From Oopsacas minuta (taxonomy: Eukaryota; Animalia; Porifera): a stretch of DNA of 64,000 nucleotides. The notes beneath the pieces are model-generated. The model had not been told where the DNA came from. It searched no databases and saw nothing but the letters and a program-made list of their open reading frames with translations. Position 1 is the stretch's first letter. Each line of letters starts with the position of its first letter. The stretch is from contig JAKMXF010000002.1 in the NCBI GenBank assembly GCA_024704765.1, positions 1-64,000 on the forward strand, read 5' to 3'. A program made the translations under genes and the position numbers. This document shows, one piece after another, positions 24,730 to 36,619 of the stretch.

Positions 24730-27656
24730 CACAATGGCACGACAGGTGGAAATTACTAAATATTTGACAGTGATATTTTAATATCTAATTAATCCTATCT
24801 TATTCAGCATACTCGAAAACCCAGAAATACAGCATATAATGATATTTGATAGTCTTACTTTTGAACAATAGTTATTTATAGATGAGTAACTTCAACATGA
24901 TGAAAACACAAAAATCAAGGTTTCTCAAAGTAGCCAAAGGAATTCGACACATATTCGTGTTTTAGTTTTGTTATGAATATTGTAGCCTGTCATATTGAAC
25001 TACTTTAAGTGGCCATTATAATGAAATACATGACTACTAAATTATACTATTAGTTTTTAGAATAAACTAGGTAGAAATTCCAAATATCTTTGGTGAATTT
25101 ATATTTGGTCAATTGAGTTTGAAATGGCACAACTATCTTTGCCTGTTGTTGCCCGTTGTAATTTGGATTATATTTTGAAGGAAGTTATATTTAAAATAAA
25201 ATAAACTTAGTTCTAGCCTGGCGTAACTTGGCGCTAATTGAGTTTTCAGCTATTTCTACTGGTCGTCCCGTAATTAACAGCCCTAATGTTAGCAACAAAT
25301 TTTATCTTTGTTTGATTATTAATTAGTTTCAATTTTACTCCGTCCTAATGAACAACAAAGAAGCCTTCAATTTCTATATGTCCAACTCGGAGAAAGCGTT
25401 TAGTACGATTGCTCGTGAGTTTATTACTAGATATAATCTTGAAGTGTCCAATTGTGACCTTTTCCGCCGATAATTTTGAATATTAAGTCTGAAAGAAAAA
25501 TATATTTGAAAAGAAGGACTTAGGAACTTGGGGGAATTGTTCTTTTGTAGGGATCCTCAAATGGATAACATTCCACAGTCTTCAAATGAAGATAGACCCT
25601 TCAAGGAATCTACAATTGTATTCAAGGAAGATTTTAGTCGAGTATCTCGGAAGCACATCAAACGAATTAAGTAATAAAGGTATGCGATATCGATTAGCCA
25701 ACCTGAGATTACATCTGGAAACTGTCACATAGCGGGAAGAAGTTTCACCTAAGATGATTTCTAGCTACTTACTGTTGTCGTATTCACATGAAGAGCATGA
25801 TGTTAGCACCGCGAATCTCAGCAAAAATGTAATTGCCGGGAGTAATAGATTAGGAATTTCAACAGGAAACTCTCTTTAGATTCGTCTTGCTTCTTACTAG
25901 ATTCATTAGAAATTGGGAAGTCAAAACACATCGACCTAAGACGTATATTAATTAATGAGGATATCGCACTACCTGGTTACAATAGAGTCGCAATCCATCG
26001 TAGTCAAATTTGCCTAATTGATGAGATGGACATAGTGGAAAGAGTATCCGGTTGGTATTGGCATTTCCCATCACAGATTACTCACCCACACAGTGAATAG
26101 GATAATATTCACAAATAGTTCCATTGACAGTGATGACCAATGACTTAAGATTCGGATATCTGATGGGTTAGATGGTCAGGTTCCCACCGGGTTTATCAAC
26201 AAGTAACATCCCATCCCGATTTAACAACCAAGAACTTTCTATTATTTGGATTTAAGGTGCTTTCTATCACCAATCACCAAGGAAAACTCCTCTGGAAGAA
26301 CTCTGTTCCGAAATCCCCATTCTCGATAAGGCCAATAACCATACTTGCTCTTCAAGAAAATCTAGAAAACGTAGGCTTCCTTAAGTCGACAATGGTCAAC
26401 AAGGAGACTGAGTACATCGAAAAAAATTGTCCTAAATTTGATTAGTGGTATCACTGCTAGTGTGCAAATTTTGCGTTCGTAAATTGATGGAAAAATGGCT
26501 CAAATTTTGAGTGATGCAGGAGGAGCTTGTTGTCAGTTTTGCACAACTACATTCGAGCAGATGTACGATTTAACTTTTGTCCAGGATGGCTTCCCATCAA
26601 CAGGTTTATCAGTGATGCAAAGATCATATTAGAAGAAGTTGATGAAGAGCGATTTCTCTCACTAAGTTCTAACGAAAGGTTTAATCTTACGCATGCACCT
26701 TTATCTGATATAGACATAATCCCAGGTTCAACATTACACGCATACCTTAGGTGTTTCAGTTGGCTTATGTTCCTGGTAAGCCATCTAACTGCTGGAGTGA
26801 CTAAATGGTCACCAACTTCTACTAAAATCCAATACACCAAGAGTTTTATTTGCGGTTGGTTATAGAAAAGTTGAATTTGATGATTGATTGTGCTTCTTCA
26901 CAAGGTGGAAATTCTACAACAGGAAATGTTGTGAGGCGATGCTTAGTGAGAAAAGATGATTGTGAGAGAGACTTCCTATACTGGATTTTGACAGTATTAC
27001 CATCTAATTACAAATAAGTGATCACTGATATCCACACCTACCTTGGAGCCATCCTACGGGTATATAATTCTAATAGGAGAATACACACAGACAAACTCTC
27101 ATTGGTATGTCGCGAACTTTATCAGCTGATTTTGACGCAATTTTCTTGGGCTAACATAACCCCTACAATGCACAAACTGTTAGTTCATGCAGCAAGCATT
27201 ATTTCTGATTATAATGATGGTTATGTACTGGAACAGTTATCAGAGGAAGGTCTGGAGTCAAGCAATAAGTTATTCAGAAGATTTAGAGAACGTTTGTCGA
27301 GGAAGTTTTCTTTTGAAGAAAACTTAAAAGATGTTTTTGCACGGATCATCTGCCAAAGTGATCCGATTCTTCCAATAACAGAGAAATTCGGAAAAGTGCC
27401 TCAAGTAACAGCGATACACTTAGTAAACAAGATCTTATTGTTAATTCTCTCATAATAGAGGATAATTAAGTGTATTTCTAAAACTATATTGACATTCTAA
27501 CGACGTCATAACTCGTGATTCCGAAGCTGTATATAAATTCTGATAGTGTAAATCTGTTGTATAGGGTAGATAACCTATACGTCAATAATACATCGTACAT
27601 GCGTATCTGTTACGTAAATTGCTATTCCCACCAAACCGTCATTTCGTGCCACTATG
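24730..27656 (+). mobile_element. Complete Transib (RAG1-like) element, copy B, 2927 bp, with pseudogenised transposase about 25400..27455
   Basis: 5-bp TSD CTTCG (24725-24729 and 27657-27661). Left end CACAATGGCACGA; right end (reverse complement) CATAGTGGCACGA. Protein motifs DSLEIGK, SDGLDG, PKSPFSIRPITIL..QEN, IDGKM, CCQFC, ITPTMHKLLVH and SEEGLESSNKLFRRFR (RAG1: SEGNESGNKLFRRFR). Confidence 0.9.
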
Positions 27657-27667
27657 CTTCGCTACCA

Positions 27668-27715
27668 CCCCCGAAATTGCCCCCGAAATTGCCCCCGAAA
27701 TTGCCTCCGAAATTC
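27668..27715. repeat. 12-bp tandem repeat (CCCCCGAAATTG) x4 inside the mariner remnant
   Basis: Directly visible; encodes PEIA repeats in the mariner frame. Confidence 0.9.
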
Positions 27716-29068
27716 TGGAACTTTTGGATATTGACCCCCATTTGAGCTTTAAAGAGATTGCCCTAATCTTGGACATCTCACTGGGATGTGTTCATATGAA
27801 TCTACACGATTATTTCGAATATCAAACGATTCAAGAACTCAAGGAATCAAACTTCTCTACCATAATCCCAGACCTAATAATTCAAAATACCTTAGCGAAG
27901 CCATTGAGGGTATCGGGTTTGAAACGATGGAACAGCCTCCGTATTCACCAAATCTATCACGTTGTGATTTCTGACTATTTCCTGAGCAGAAGAAACATCT
28001 CTGAGAACGGAGATTTCATACCAGACAAGAGCTAGCTTACGGAATTTGTTACTACCTCAATTCAGTGGACAGAGACGAGAATAGTAAAATAAATTTTCGA
28101 AGTGAGTTGAAAGGCTACAACAATGCATATATATAAACGAAGAGTATTTCAAATGTTTTATGTAGAAATTTGATTAGTAAGATGTTATAGTGTCAAGATA
28201 TTAAACAAAGATGGGAACTTTTTGAATACCCTAAGTATGTGACTTGAGTGCATGTACTGAAACTATATCAATGAAATTCTCATTAACTCTCGTAGTTGTG
28301 AAGTGGTGGGGCATATGCCCCACCTAGCTCTACCCACGTTACCCCTATGTTGCACATACAAGGAACCTGCATAAACCAACGCTTTTGGGACATGAAAGTT
28401 TGTCTGTTTAGCAAATTGAATGATTATCCAGATGGATTTGTATTGCAGTAAGCGATATCAGATCAGAAATACTCGGATTGTTGAGGTTTTCTGGAGTATA
28501 CAGTTTTAGGTATATGCAGGTTCACTGTACTACTTCATTTTCGACCACATATTTAGTGTTGCCCCCCGAGAAAAATGACACAAAGCCAAGTCATACTCAA
28601 TGACCTTTCTACACCCTCAATATCAAAATGGGAGAGTTTGGCGAGTGAGCTCCAGCCTATATGCAGAGCGTTCGTCAATGCTCTGAATTGTACATGGCAT
28701 CTTATATATACTGCAAATCAAACTATTTATATAGGAAATATATGGAATCAAGTCACTATGCGTTAATAAAACAATTCTAGCTTCTTTACTTCGTCTCAAA
28801 TAGTGCAGCCCAACTGATTCCCTACCACATGTTCGTAGGAGACTGTCCGGCGGGTCAGAATTCAACCGGACAAACATTTGGAGTGCTAATACAAATACTA
28901 TAGTCAACCGCACAAAGTTTTGTCGCTCAAAAATTTGTCTAGGTCGTACGGCTCTGGCCACATGATCAACTAGTAGATGGCTGAGAGTTTACTTGATGGC
29001 GGTTCACACCAACCATAGTTGGTGCAGCTGAAATAAGGAGATGTCCTAATTACATGGAGGATGTGCAA

Positions 29069-29200
29069 CGTCCGTCCGTCAGTCTATTTGCGCTGCCTTG
29101 CGAAATCTAACCGTAGATTTCCATGAAAATTGGTATATACATATAGATTTTGGGTCGGAGATTTGCACTTCAGGTATGAATTTTTCTCATTATCTATGTA
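29069..29200. repeat. Possible Helentron/DINE-like non-autonomous fragment
   Basis: A CGTCCGTCCGTC microsatellite followed by ATGAAAATTGGTAT resembles DINE-1/HINE signatures. Subterminal inverted repeats and the 3' hairpin were not verified. Confidence 0.3.
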
Positions 29201-29805
29201 AAACTAAAAAACACGGTAGTTTCAACATGTTGGCAGGGGTAATTGGGTAGGTAAGGTTCAATTTTGAGATTTCAGCAGTAGGTAACTAATTCGCAAATTT
29301 ATATATGATGAACAAGTATATTTAAAAATGTTGCCAGGAAAATTCACGAAAGTTATTCAAAACAGTGTGAGACCACCCAAATTGTAATTATTAATTAGAT
29401 GAATAGATTAAGGGGATTATGAATACTAGATATCGAATAGTATAATGCTTAATTCAATAACAACAAATTATATTTATGATCACTGATATTTTTTGAATAA
29501 ACTGAATGCACTGAAAATTTATTGAGCAAATCCAATTTTTATCTTGCAATTTCTCCGAACAATCCTTAAGAATACTTAGGGAATGGGATTTCAGAATACA
29601 GGACGATCTCGCTTTGTGTGCATAAAGGATGATCGGGATTCGGGAAAATATTTCAGAATGCATCAATTTCCATAGAAATGCATTTGGCTTACCGGGGAAT
29701 GGCATCTTTTTTGATTAGGTAACCGATTACTGGTAGGCAAGCTAAACATATTGCCGAGCATTGACTACGAAGACATACTTTAATCGGAAATTTCCTATTC
29801 ATACG

Positions 29806-30128
29806 CAAGTGCGTACCCAAGGGCCTACCGGCAGGCCAGAATATTAATTCTGCCAACACTGTTACAAGCCCTGTTGCAGGCCCCTAGGTTCATAAGCATC
29901 CCTTACTCTACAAATATAATTGTCCTTATTGCTTTTTAGGAACCCTTATGATTTGAGTTATATGTTTTGGCCATAATATTGTTCTTAGGATTTACTTGTA
30001 GTGAAATTCCAATCACATGATAGATACGGTAGACCATCTCTAATCCGAGCCTGACTATATATATTGGGCCTGCAGAAATAGCGCAGGCTCTAAGAAGGCT
30101 CACTTTGTCAAACCTGGCTACGCCCTTG
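29806..30128. mobile_element. Degenerate hAT-type MITE ending 103 bp upstream of the Rho start codon
   Basis: Imperfect TIRs CAAGTGCGTACCCAAGG / CCTGGCTACGCCCTTG. No TSD match. Confidence 0.45.
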
Positions 30129-30231
30129 TTTAAACTGAATTATATCCACATATCGACATCTCTCCTTTAATAATTGAATTTTTTCGGATTCCTTGATTAG
30201 TTATTATCTTTACTATTGTTGGTCCTAGTTA

Positions 30232-30813
30232 ATGTCTACTATCCGTAAAAAGCTTGTCATCGTTGGTGATGGTGCCTGTGGAAAAACCTGTTTGCTAATC
30301 GTCTTTTCTAAAGATCAATTTCCCGAAATATATGTTCCCACTGTTTTTGAAAGCTACGTTGCCGATATTGAAGTTGATGATCGTTGCGTGGAACTAGCAT
30401 TGTGGGATACTGCAGGTCAAGAAGAATATGATCGCCTGAGACCTCTTTCATATCCTGACACTGATGTTGTTCTGATGTGTTATTCTATCGATAACCCGGA
30501 TTCTCTTGAAAATATTGAAGAAAAATGGGTTCCGGAAGTTCGCCATTTCTGTCCTACAGTTCCCATCATCCTCATTGGGAATAAAAAAGATCTGCGATTT
30601 AATCCCGATACTATCAGGGAATTAGCAGTACAGAAAATGGAGCCTGTTCGTAGCGAAAATGGAAGACTTGTTTCTTCACGTATCGGCGCATATGACTTTT
30701 TAGAGTGTTCTGCCAAGACAAAGGAAGGTGTTAAGGAGGTATTTGAAGCTGCTACGCTTGCAGCTCTAAAATCTAAAAAATCTCAAAAGAAGAAAAGGTG
30801 TTTGTTCCTCTAA
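30232..30813 (+). CDS. Rho1: Rho-family small GTPase (RhoA/Rho1 subfamily), 193 aa, intronless coding sequence
   Basis: Intact ORF with GDGACGKT (G1), YVPTVFESY (effector loop), WDTAGQE (G3), NKKD (G4), CSAK (G5), the Rho insert helix, a polybasic tail and the CAAX box CLFL. The symbol marks the subfamily, not proven one-to-one orthology. Confidence 0.97.
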   Translation: MSTIRKKLVIVGDGACGKTCLLIVFSKDQFPEIYVPTVFESYVADIEVDDRCVELALWDTAGQEEYDRLRPLSYPDTDVVLMCYSIDNPDSLENIEEKWVPEVRHFCPTVPIILIGNKKDLRFNPDTIRELAVQKMEPVRSENGRLVSSRIGAYDFLECSAKTKEGVKEVFEAATLAALKSKKSQKKKRCLFL

Positions 30814-31599
30814 AGTTTAATAGCACTCTCATGTTCTTGAGTATTAAATTGTGTAAAATTTCAATTCTGTTTGTATTTACAATTTTACTTTGGTGAATAT
30901 TTTAGGATGTAATATTTTAGTCTGCCCAATCTATAAGTGCTGTTCGTGCCGAATATCTTTATTATAGTTTTAGCAAATGTTATACTTATTCCGTTTGAAA
31001 TTTGAACCATTATCTAGCCCATCTCATGGCAGACGGATTTGAATATTGTTACAAGTTACTCTAGACAGTGCACCCACCTGAGCCATAGCTTCGTGATACA
31101 AAAATTTCTACCTCCCATCAGAGAATGATAGCATTTTAGGCCTCACAACTGATTATGGATATTGGACCAGGGATGCACGACCAGCCGAACTTAATTGTTA
31201 ATTAATTGGGAGTAATCATCATTGAATGGTATGATAACTTATTCTAAGCCATGTATTTGTGTCTTTAGCCATTTTTCCCAAGACATCTTATTTGTGCTTT
31301 CAAAGTTTACTTTGTTATTCACCCATAAATACAAAAATTTCCATTTTCAAATTTTTATTAACCCATTAATGGCAAATTTTTCTTGTAATATATATGGGGT
31401 TTGAAATATTTATGAACTTGACTTCCTACGTCTGTGTTTTCTAGCTTTATGCATCGATTTCTACATTTACAATCCCTAGTGTGTTCAGGCTCCAGTTTCT
31501 GCCAACGAACAACAATTGCCGATATTTTGAATACCACAAGTGACAGATGAACTCAGAAACTATTTGCTCTCGGCTTTACACCAAGATGTTGCTAACCTC

Positions 31600-31860
31600 A
31601 AGACTCTTTACTTGTGGTTCAAGCATTTCAGGGAGGGCAACATTTAGTGTCCACAATTACACTAGAGTACCTACTGGAGATGGCACTTGTTGAGAACCCC
31701 CTCGCAATATGGAAAGCTGAAGAAGGTATGGACCGTCTAATTTATCTGGATGCCCAGTTTTCTATTCGACACGGTCTACTACCAATTGCCTTGGAACCTC
31801 TTCTCAAATAAATGATCATCAACTCCTTTCCCAAGCTATGAATCTCAGCCTGATATCAAA
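31600..31860 (+). pseudogene. Decayed Ac/zf-BED-type hAT dimerisation-domain fragment
   Basis: EYLLEMALVENPLAIWKAE followed by a frameshifted SNLS..FYSTRST..NLFS resembles YL..NPL.WWK..PNLS..FLS.P.TS..SERLFS. Confidence 0.4.
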
Positions 31861-32355
31861 TACTGAAGAGAATACGAAATTTCTGTTTACCCGATTCCAG
31901 GATTTTCATGCTTCGAAACCATTTATTTACGTATTTCTAAATTTATGTTCAATTTGGTATCTTAATTCCCATACTATGATATTTGTGCGCCACAGCAAGT
32001 TTTAACCAGGAATTTCTGGCTCAACACTTCTTGCAAGGATTCTGTTGGAATACTTTTTATACCGTAACACATTGATCATATATTAATTTGAATCTAGCGT
32101 TCGGTACTATATGTCCTTATAGCTGCTGAACTGGCGCTTTTATGTGCCGCCAAGCACCTTGATAAACCCTTCCGCCCTAGATAACAACTGTATGGCAGTT
32201 GATGGATACTTGTTAGTAGCAATTAATCTGTTGGTAAATCCATACGATTGTGGTGAAACATTTATAGGAGTTTCCTGAGTGAAACTCGCCAAATGTAACT
32301 AGATGAGACCCCATTTACCATATTCTGATTAACTAAATAGCGATTCAAATTATTA

Positions 32356-32450
32356 CAGTAGAACCTCGTTTGCACGAACACGGTTAATACGAATTTGCGG
32401 ATAATATGAACAAATAGGTATACAATATCATGTCCCTACAATGGTTTTTC
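32356..32450 (+). repeat. Solo Tigger/pogo-type terminal sequence
   Basis: TA|CAGTAGAACCTCGTTTGCACGAACAC. No partner end was found. Confidence 0.45.
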
Positions 32451-35400
32451 AATTGATATTGCCCCCGGATATGAAGTACAAATTTCGTAGGTTCGCTCAT
32501 GAAGTGAAGTGGTTTCGGACCCAGATCGAGAACCACTGTCCTAATGGTTGAAATACATGGAAAATCAGAAATACATTACTAGGGTGCATGGGCGTAGCTA
32601 TGGCTTGCTGGCAACTCCAGTAGAAACACCATCTGTACATATTGCATCCGTGGTGTAGTACATTCTGCTATGTCTACAGTGTAGCCTCGTTAATAGGAAC
32701 ACCAACCGGCGGTAAAAATTATTTGCTCTTCCAGAGTTCGCATTAACTGTAATACCAATTGGTTCGTTCAATCCGGTAAATATTATTACCCTTGTTATAT
32801 TAATTAGGTCCCCTTGTAGTTATACTTGAAACACGATGTACTTATAGTATTTCTTTTTGTTTTCTGTTATTTAGGCGAGTAGAATTGATAATCCGGTAGC
32901 TGGAGGAATATCATGTGTTCCTAACCCAAGATGCCTGGGTTGGTACTTTCATTAACGAGGATTCATCTCAGTCGGGCCTTTTTTGAAAGAAACGTCATTA
33001 AATACATAAATGGGCTTGCAGCCCAAAGTCGGTACTTTCTGTCCTCTATCATTGCTGAATTGCACTTATATTCTTCTCCGTATCTAGATATGACAAATAT
33101 CATACTTCATACATTTTCCCATATTATGGATTGTTATGATGATTGTAAAAAGTGGGCGACATATTCTTTAAATTTCAATATGGTCGTGCATCCATGGCCC
33201 AATATCCATAATCAGTTGTGAAGCCTTATAAATAGTAGGCTATGGTGGCATTAAGGCAGGTGACTGATATACAGCATATGATAATACACTAAAGTAGTTA
33301 ATGATGGCAACCTAAGGGGCTTGTCAAAGGTTGACTAAATTATGAGGTGAGGACTATATAAAGTGTGTGGCCGTTATATACCTGTCCACGCATGACAGAT
33401 TAAAAATTTTTAAATATACAAGCCTCCTTCCAAGTTGTCGCCTGTGATGGGACTCCCTCACAGAGGCCATGAAGCTGCCTTTGTAAGAGAATTTTCCACA
33501 TTATGTGCAAATAATTGTCGCAATATATTTTAAAATATATTGTGTCGCTAAATGTGTATCATAGACGCATCATATTAAAAGTTATCCTGAGAGTGACCAC
33601 TAATAAATATGTTGATGTACACATGCATACTAATCTATCTTATCATCCTGTTTTCTCTTTACTATTGTTATGGAATTAAAATTATTATTCTATTTGTGTT
33701 TAAGAGGAATAGGATCCCAGCACCTTGACCTTAGTGGAATTTAACTTTAAAACGATTTTAGAGCGCTTCGCTACGGAACGTTACCGCAAGTTCCCGACAC
33801 TTTGTGAGTTTGTGTCGCCCTTTTGGCTCAAATTATAAAAAAATACAATTTTGCTTTAAAAGGGCGACATGAAAATTTTCTCGGCCCATCCTGACTCGAA
33901 TTGAGTAAATATCAATTATAGACTTGCAATTTTCGATTTCGGAATCAGCACGTTTTGTTAGCCATATATATTTACAGCGGTTGAGAGCAAGTATCTACCT
34001 TTATTTGAATTTTAGCATTTAAATTTACAAATAATTACGCAAAGTAATAGTTATGGCGGCCGGACCATCATTGGGTGTTCTTGATTACTGGACACCCACT
34101 TTCTAAGAACATCCTTTGAATTATTTGCCATGCAAGGGTTATTAGACACCCAGTCGTTTTCATAGGCTGCGGTGGCCATGTATTCCTAAATAGTGTTTAA
34201 TCATATTCAGCATTTGTAATTTATCAAGTTTTAATGAATTCTGTCTATATATTGAAAAGTTGATACGTATACCGTATTTCCCTGATTATATTGCAACTGA
34301 ATATAACACGTAACCTTGACATTATATATAACAAGCAAGTTTAGGTTTCAAAAGCTTACTACACATGTATAATGCATGTAAAACATTCAACAATGGGGAA
34401 CCTTGATTTTTGGCATTTTAAATAGCGGCGGTCAGCTAATTGCAGGCACTTTCCTCGTGCTGTAAACTCTTCAAATCACATCGATTTCAATTTTAACGCC
34501 ATATTTGTACTCCACATTAAATTTCCAGCATTTTGATGTGTCACTTCACAATATTTGGATAATTTCCCTGGTAACGCTGGAATGTCTCATGAATGTGACA
34601 ACATATCTATCTCAAAATTTGTCCCAGGGGCATCTGGTTGACAAAATCTATTTTTAGAGAGTAAATGCTATTTTCCAAGCTGTTGTTTAATTCTTGAATT
34701 AGTTATATATATAATGAATGGCAAAAAGTGAATAGTGAATTTTAGGAAAAGTTTGGTTTGAATGGTGTGTGAACACATTCCTTTGTGGCTTGGGAAATTT
34801 GTTTCTGTATGTTGAGGCTATGAACCTAAACTTCATGCCTGTAATTCCGCTATAGTCCACTTCCTATTCACAAATAATATAGTTAATTAATGTCAATGAG
34901 AACTTCCCTTATCCTAATGGTACATTTTGATAACTTATTCAGCAGTAATCATTAATTCAATATATGATCATTTTCAAGATTGCGTCATACGCATCTTAGG
35001 TATCTTTTCAAAATGTACTATCAGGGTATGGGAGTTTGAGTATACTATTTGTCAGTAAGATAATTAGCCAGATTAGACCATTGATCGAAGGTTGTCAATT
35101 TATTGATGAATATTGACGAAAATATCATCCATGGCCCCTAATACGTATCCACATCATGAGATATCCTATTCCTATAAGTCATTAATACACGCCTAAGCTC
35201 TATCATATATATTTCTGGAAATATGGTAATACAAAACATTTCTTTTCGGCCTTCTTGGTTTCAATCCTATTCAATAATACAGCCATATATTTAGGAGATC
35301 ATGCGCGCAGATTCAGAAAAATAGGCCTGCGATATGTAACCAGGCTGACTAATATACAGTGACTGTATACTTCAAGATCTATACGTTTTGACTCGAAAAA

Positions 35401-35733
35401 AGGTTCGGATTTGTTGAAGAGAAACTTACCAAACATAATATGTTAAAGTGTGCTTGATTTGTTTTGTGCCAACTTCAATTAAGTTTTAGAAGTCAAAGCT
35501 ATCTCGCTAAATAATTGCATTTGAATTTTAAAACAAATGGGACAGTTGGGCAGCATCGCATGTACTAACTGCCAATGGCTAACTGTACAAGGATTTTGCC
35601 TATTTCTGTTGCTCTGTACAAACGTACCAGGATTTAGTAGATTGGTACATAAATTTTAGTTGAGATAAACTTACTGATTATGAGTCCAATAACCTAAACT
35701 CCTTAAGTATGTACATTATGTTGTTTGGTGCTA

Positions 35734-35980
35734 GGACACCTTGCCGAAAGACATGTTGCCGAAAGGATTTCATGCCGAAAATGTGACTAGGGGGGTAACA
35801 GAAGAATCTTTTTGATATCAAAAGGTCAATAAAATTGTTTTGTTTATTCCATCTCATTCAACTCTTTCAGCTTATTGATATTCTTAGTTTTTATATTTTC
35901 GACATGATATCCTTTCGGCAAAAGATGTCTTCAGCATAATGTCCTTCAATTAGATGTCTTTCGGCAATGTGGGCGGACAC
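35734..35980. mobile_element. About 240-bp MITE with TIRs built from TTGCCGAAAG(A/G)-type subrepeats
   Basis: TTGCCGAAAGACATGTTGCCGAAAGGAT at the left is inverted against ATCCTTTCGGCAA..GATGTCTTTCGGCAA at the right. Confidence 0.6.
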
Positions 35981-36029
35981 GATGTTGTTTAAATCAACAG
36001 TTCCTATTGAAGTGTAGAGGGATTTCCTC

Positions 36030-36430
36030 TACAGTCTATATAATTACATGTATCTCCTTTCCAAATTCTTTCAGTGTGTATTGACCTTCTGAACTCGCGA
36101 GTACAGCAAGCGAGAGGAAATTTGTAGGTGGTAAGGTTCTGGCCAACGGAAAGGGTAAAAAGACCTCCATACAGGGATATAACACGAATATATTCGCACT
36201 TTGCAGGTATGAAATAGGTAACATTTTTGAATATTCGCAAGAAAGTTTGTATTTATTATTAAAACTCTATTGAAAAAATTCAAAATGTCTGACCTGTATT
36301 TGGTCAAAGAGAGACAATATTTTGTGAGCACATGCCTCAGATTTTTCCCCCTGTCCACACTCTCGACGCTACTGCGTGTAAGTACGAGTCGCAAGGAGAG
36401 GGATTCACTTGAGATGGTGGAGTGATGATA
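36030..36430 (-). repeat. Dispersed repeat of unknown class, homologous to 55170..55440 (+)
   Basis: Shared blocks TACTTACACGCA..GAGAGTGTG..CAGGGGGAAA, CAAATATTGTCT..CCAAATACAG, ATATCCCT.TATGGAG and TTGGCCAGAACC. Confidence 0.7.
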
Positions 36431-36619
36431 TTCGCCACCAGGGACGCGCTGTTGCAGGTCACATTTCCATTATCTGGGTTCATAATGATAGGAACCTGAA
36501 TAACCTCGGGCAGAGGTCCCTTCAAGGTTTGATAATTTGCCGTTGAGCGCTTTCGATTGGTAGAAAAGTGTTACGTCGTGAATAGCTAAGAATTAGTGAG
36601 AAGAGTGCAAGAGTTAGAA

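Larger units (their letters stand above)
24347..28235 (+). mobile_element. Internally deleted mariner (DD34D family) element interrupted by Transib copy B
   Basis: TA|CTTGGGGCATTCAAAAAGTTCCCATC ... GATGGGAACTTTTTGAATACCCTAAG|TA. The N-terminus reads MASKH..EQRAYIKIRTVLG. Removing 24730..27656 plus one CTTCG restores GRPIFATTPEI. The C-terminus reads QPPYSPNLSRCDF. Confidence 0.85.
20156..28349. mobile_element. Small hAT-type MITE (about 280 bp of its own sequence) expanded to 8.2 kb by nested insertions
   Basis: Left end CTTAGGCGTAGCTAGG..GGTGGGGCAC; right end GGTGGGGCATATGCCCCACC..GTTACCCCTATG. Both sides are flanked by the direct repeat TTGCACA. Confidence 0.55.

Noticed and set aside
28623-28961. 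112-aa minus-strand ORF
   Set aside because: No recognisable motif in any frame and the neighbouring frames are full of stops. It cannot be assigned without a search.
30813-31000. Retrogene hallmarks after the Rho ORF
   Set aside because: No poly(A) tract or flanking direct repeat is visible, so lack of introns alone does not establish retroposition.
32800-33220. Possible further integrase fragment (WENV.., KPIYVFNDVSF..GP)
   Set aside because: The resemblance is too weak and fragmentary to support a call.
36000-36035. Hairpin TGTAGAGGAAATCCCTCTACA as a Helitron 3' end for the dispersed repeat
   Set aside because: No CTRR terminus at the expected distance, and the second copy at 55170..55440 lacks the hairpin.
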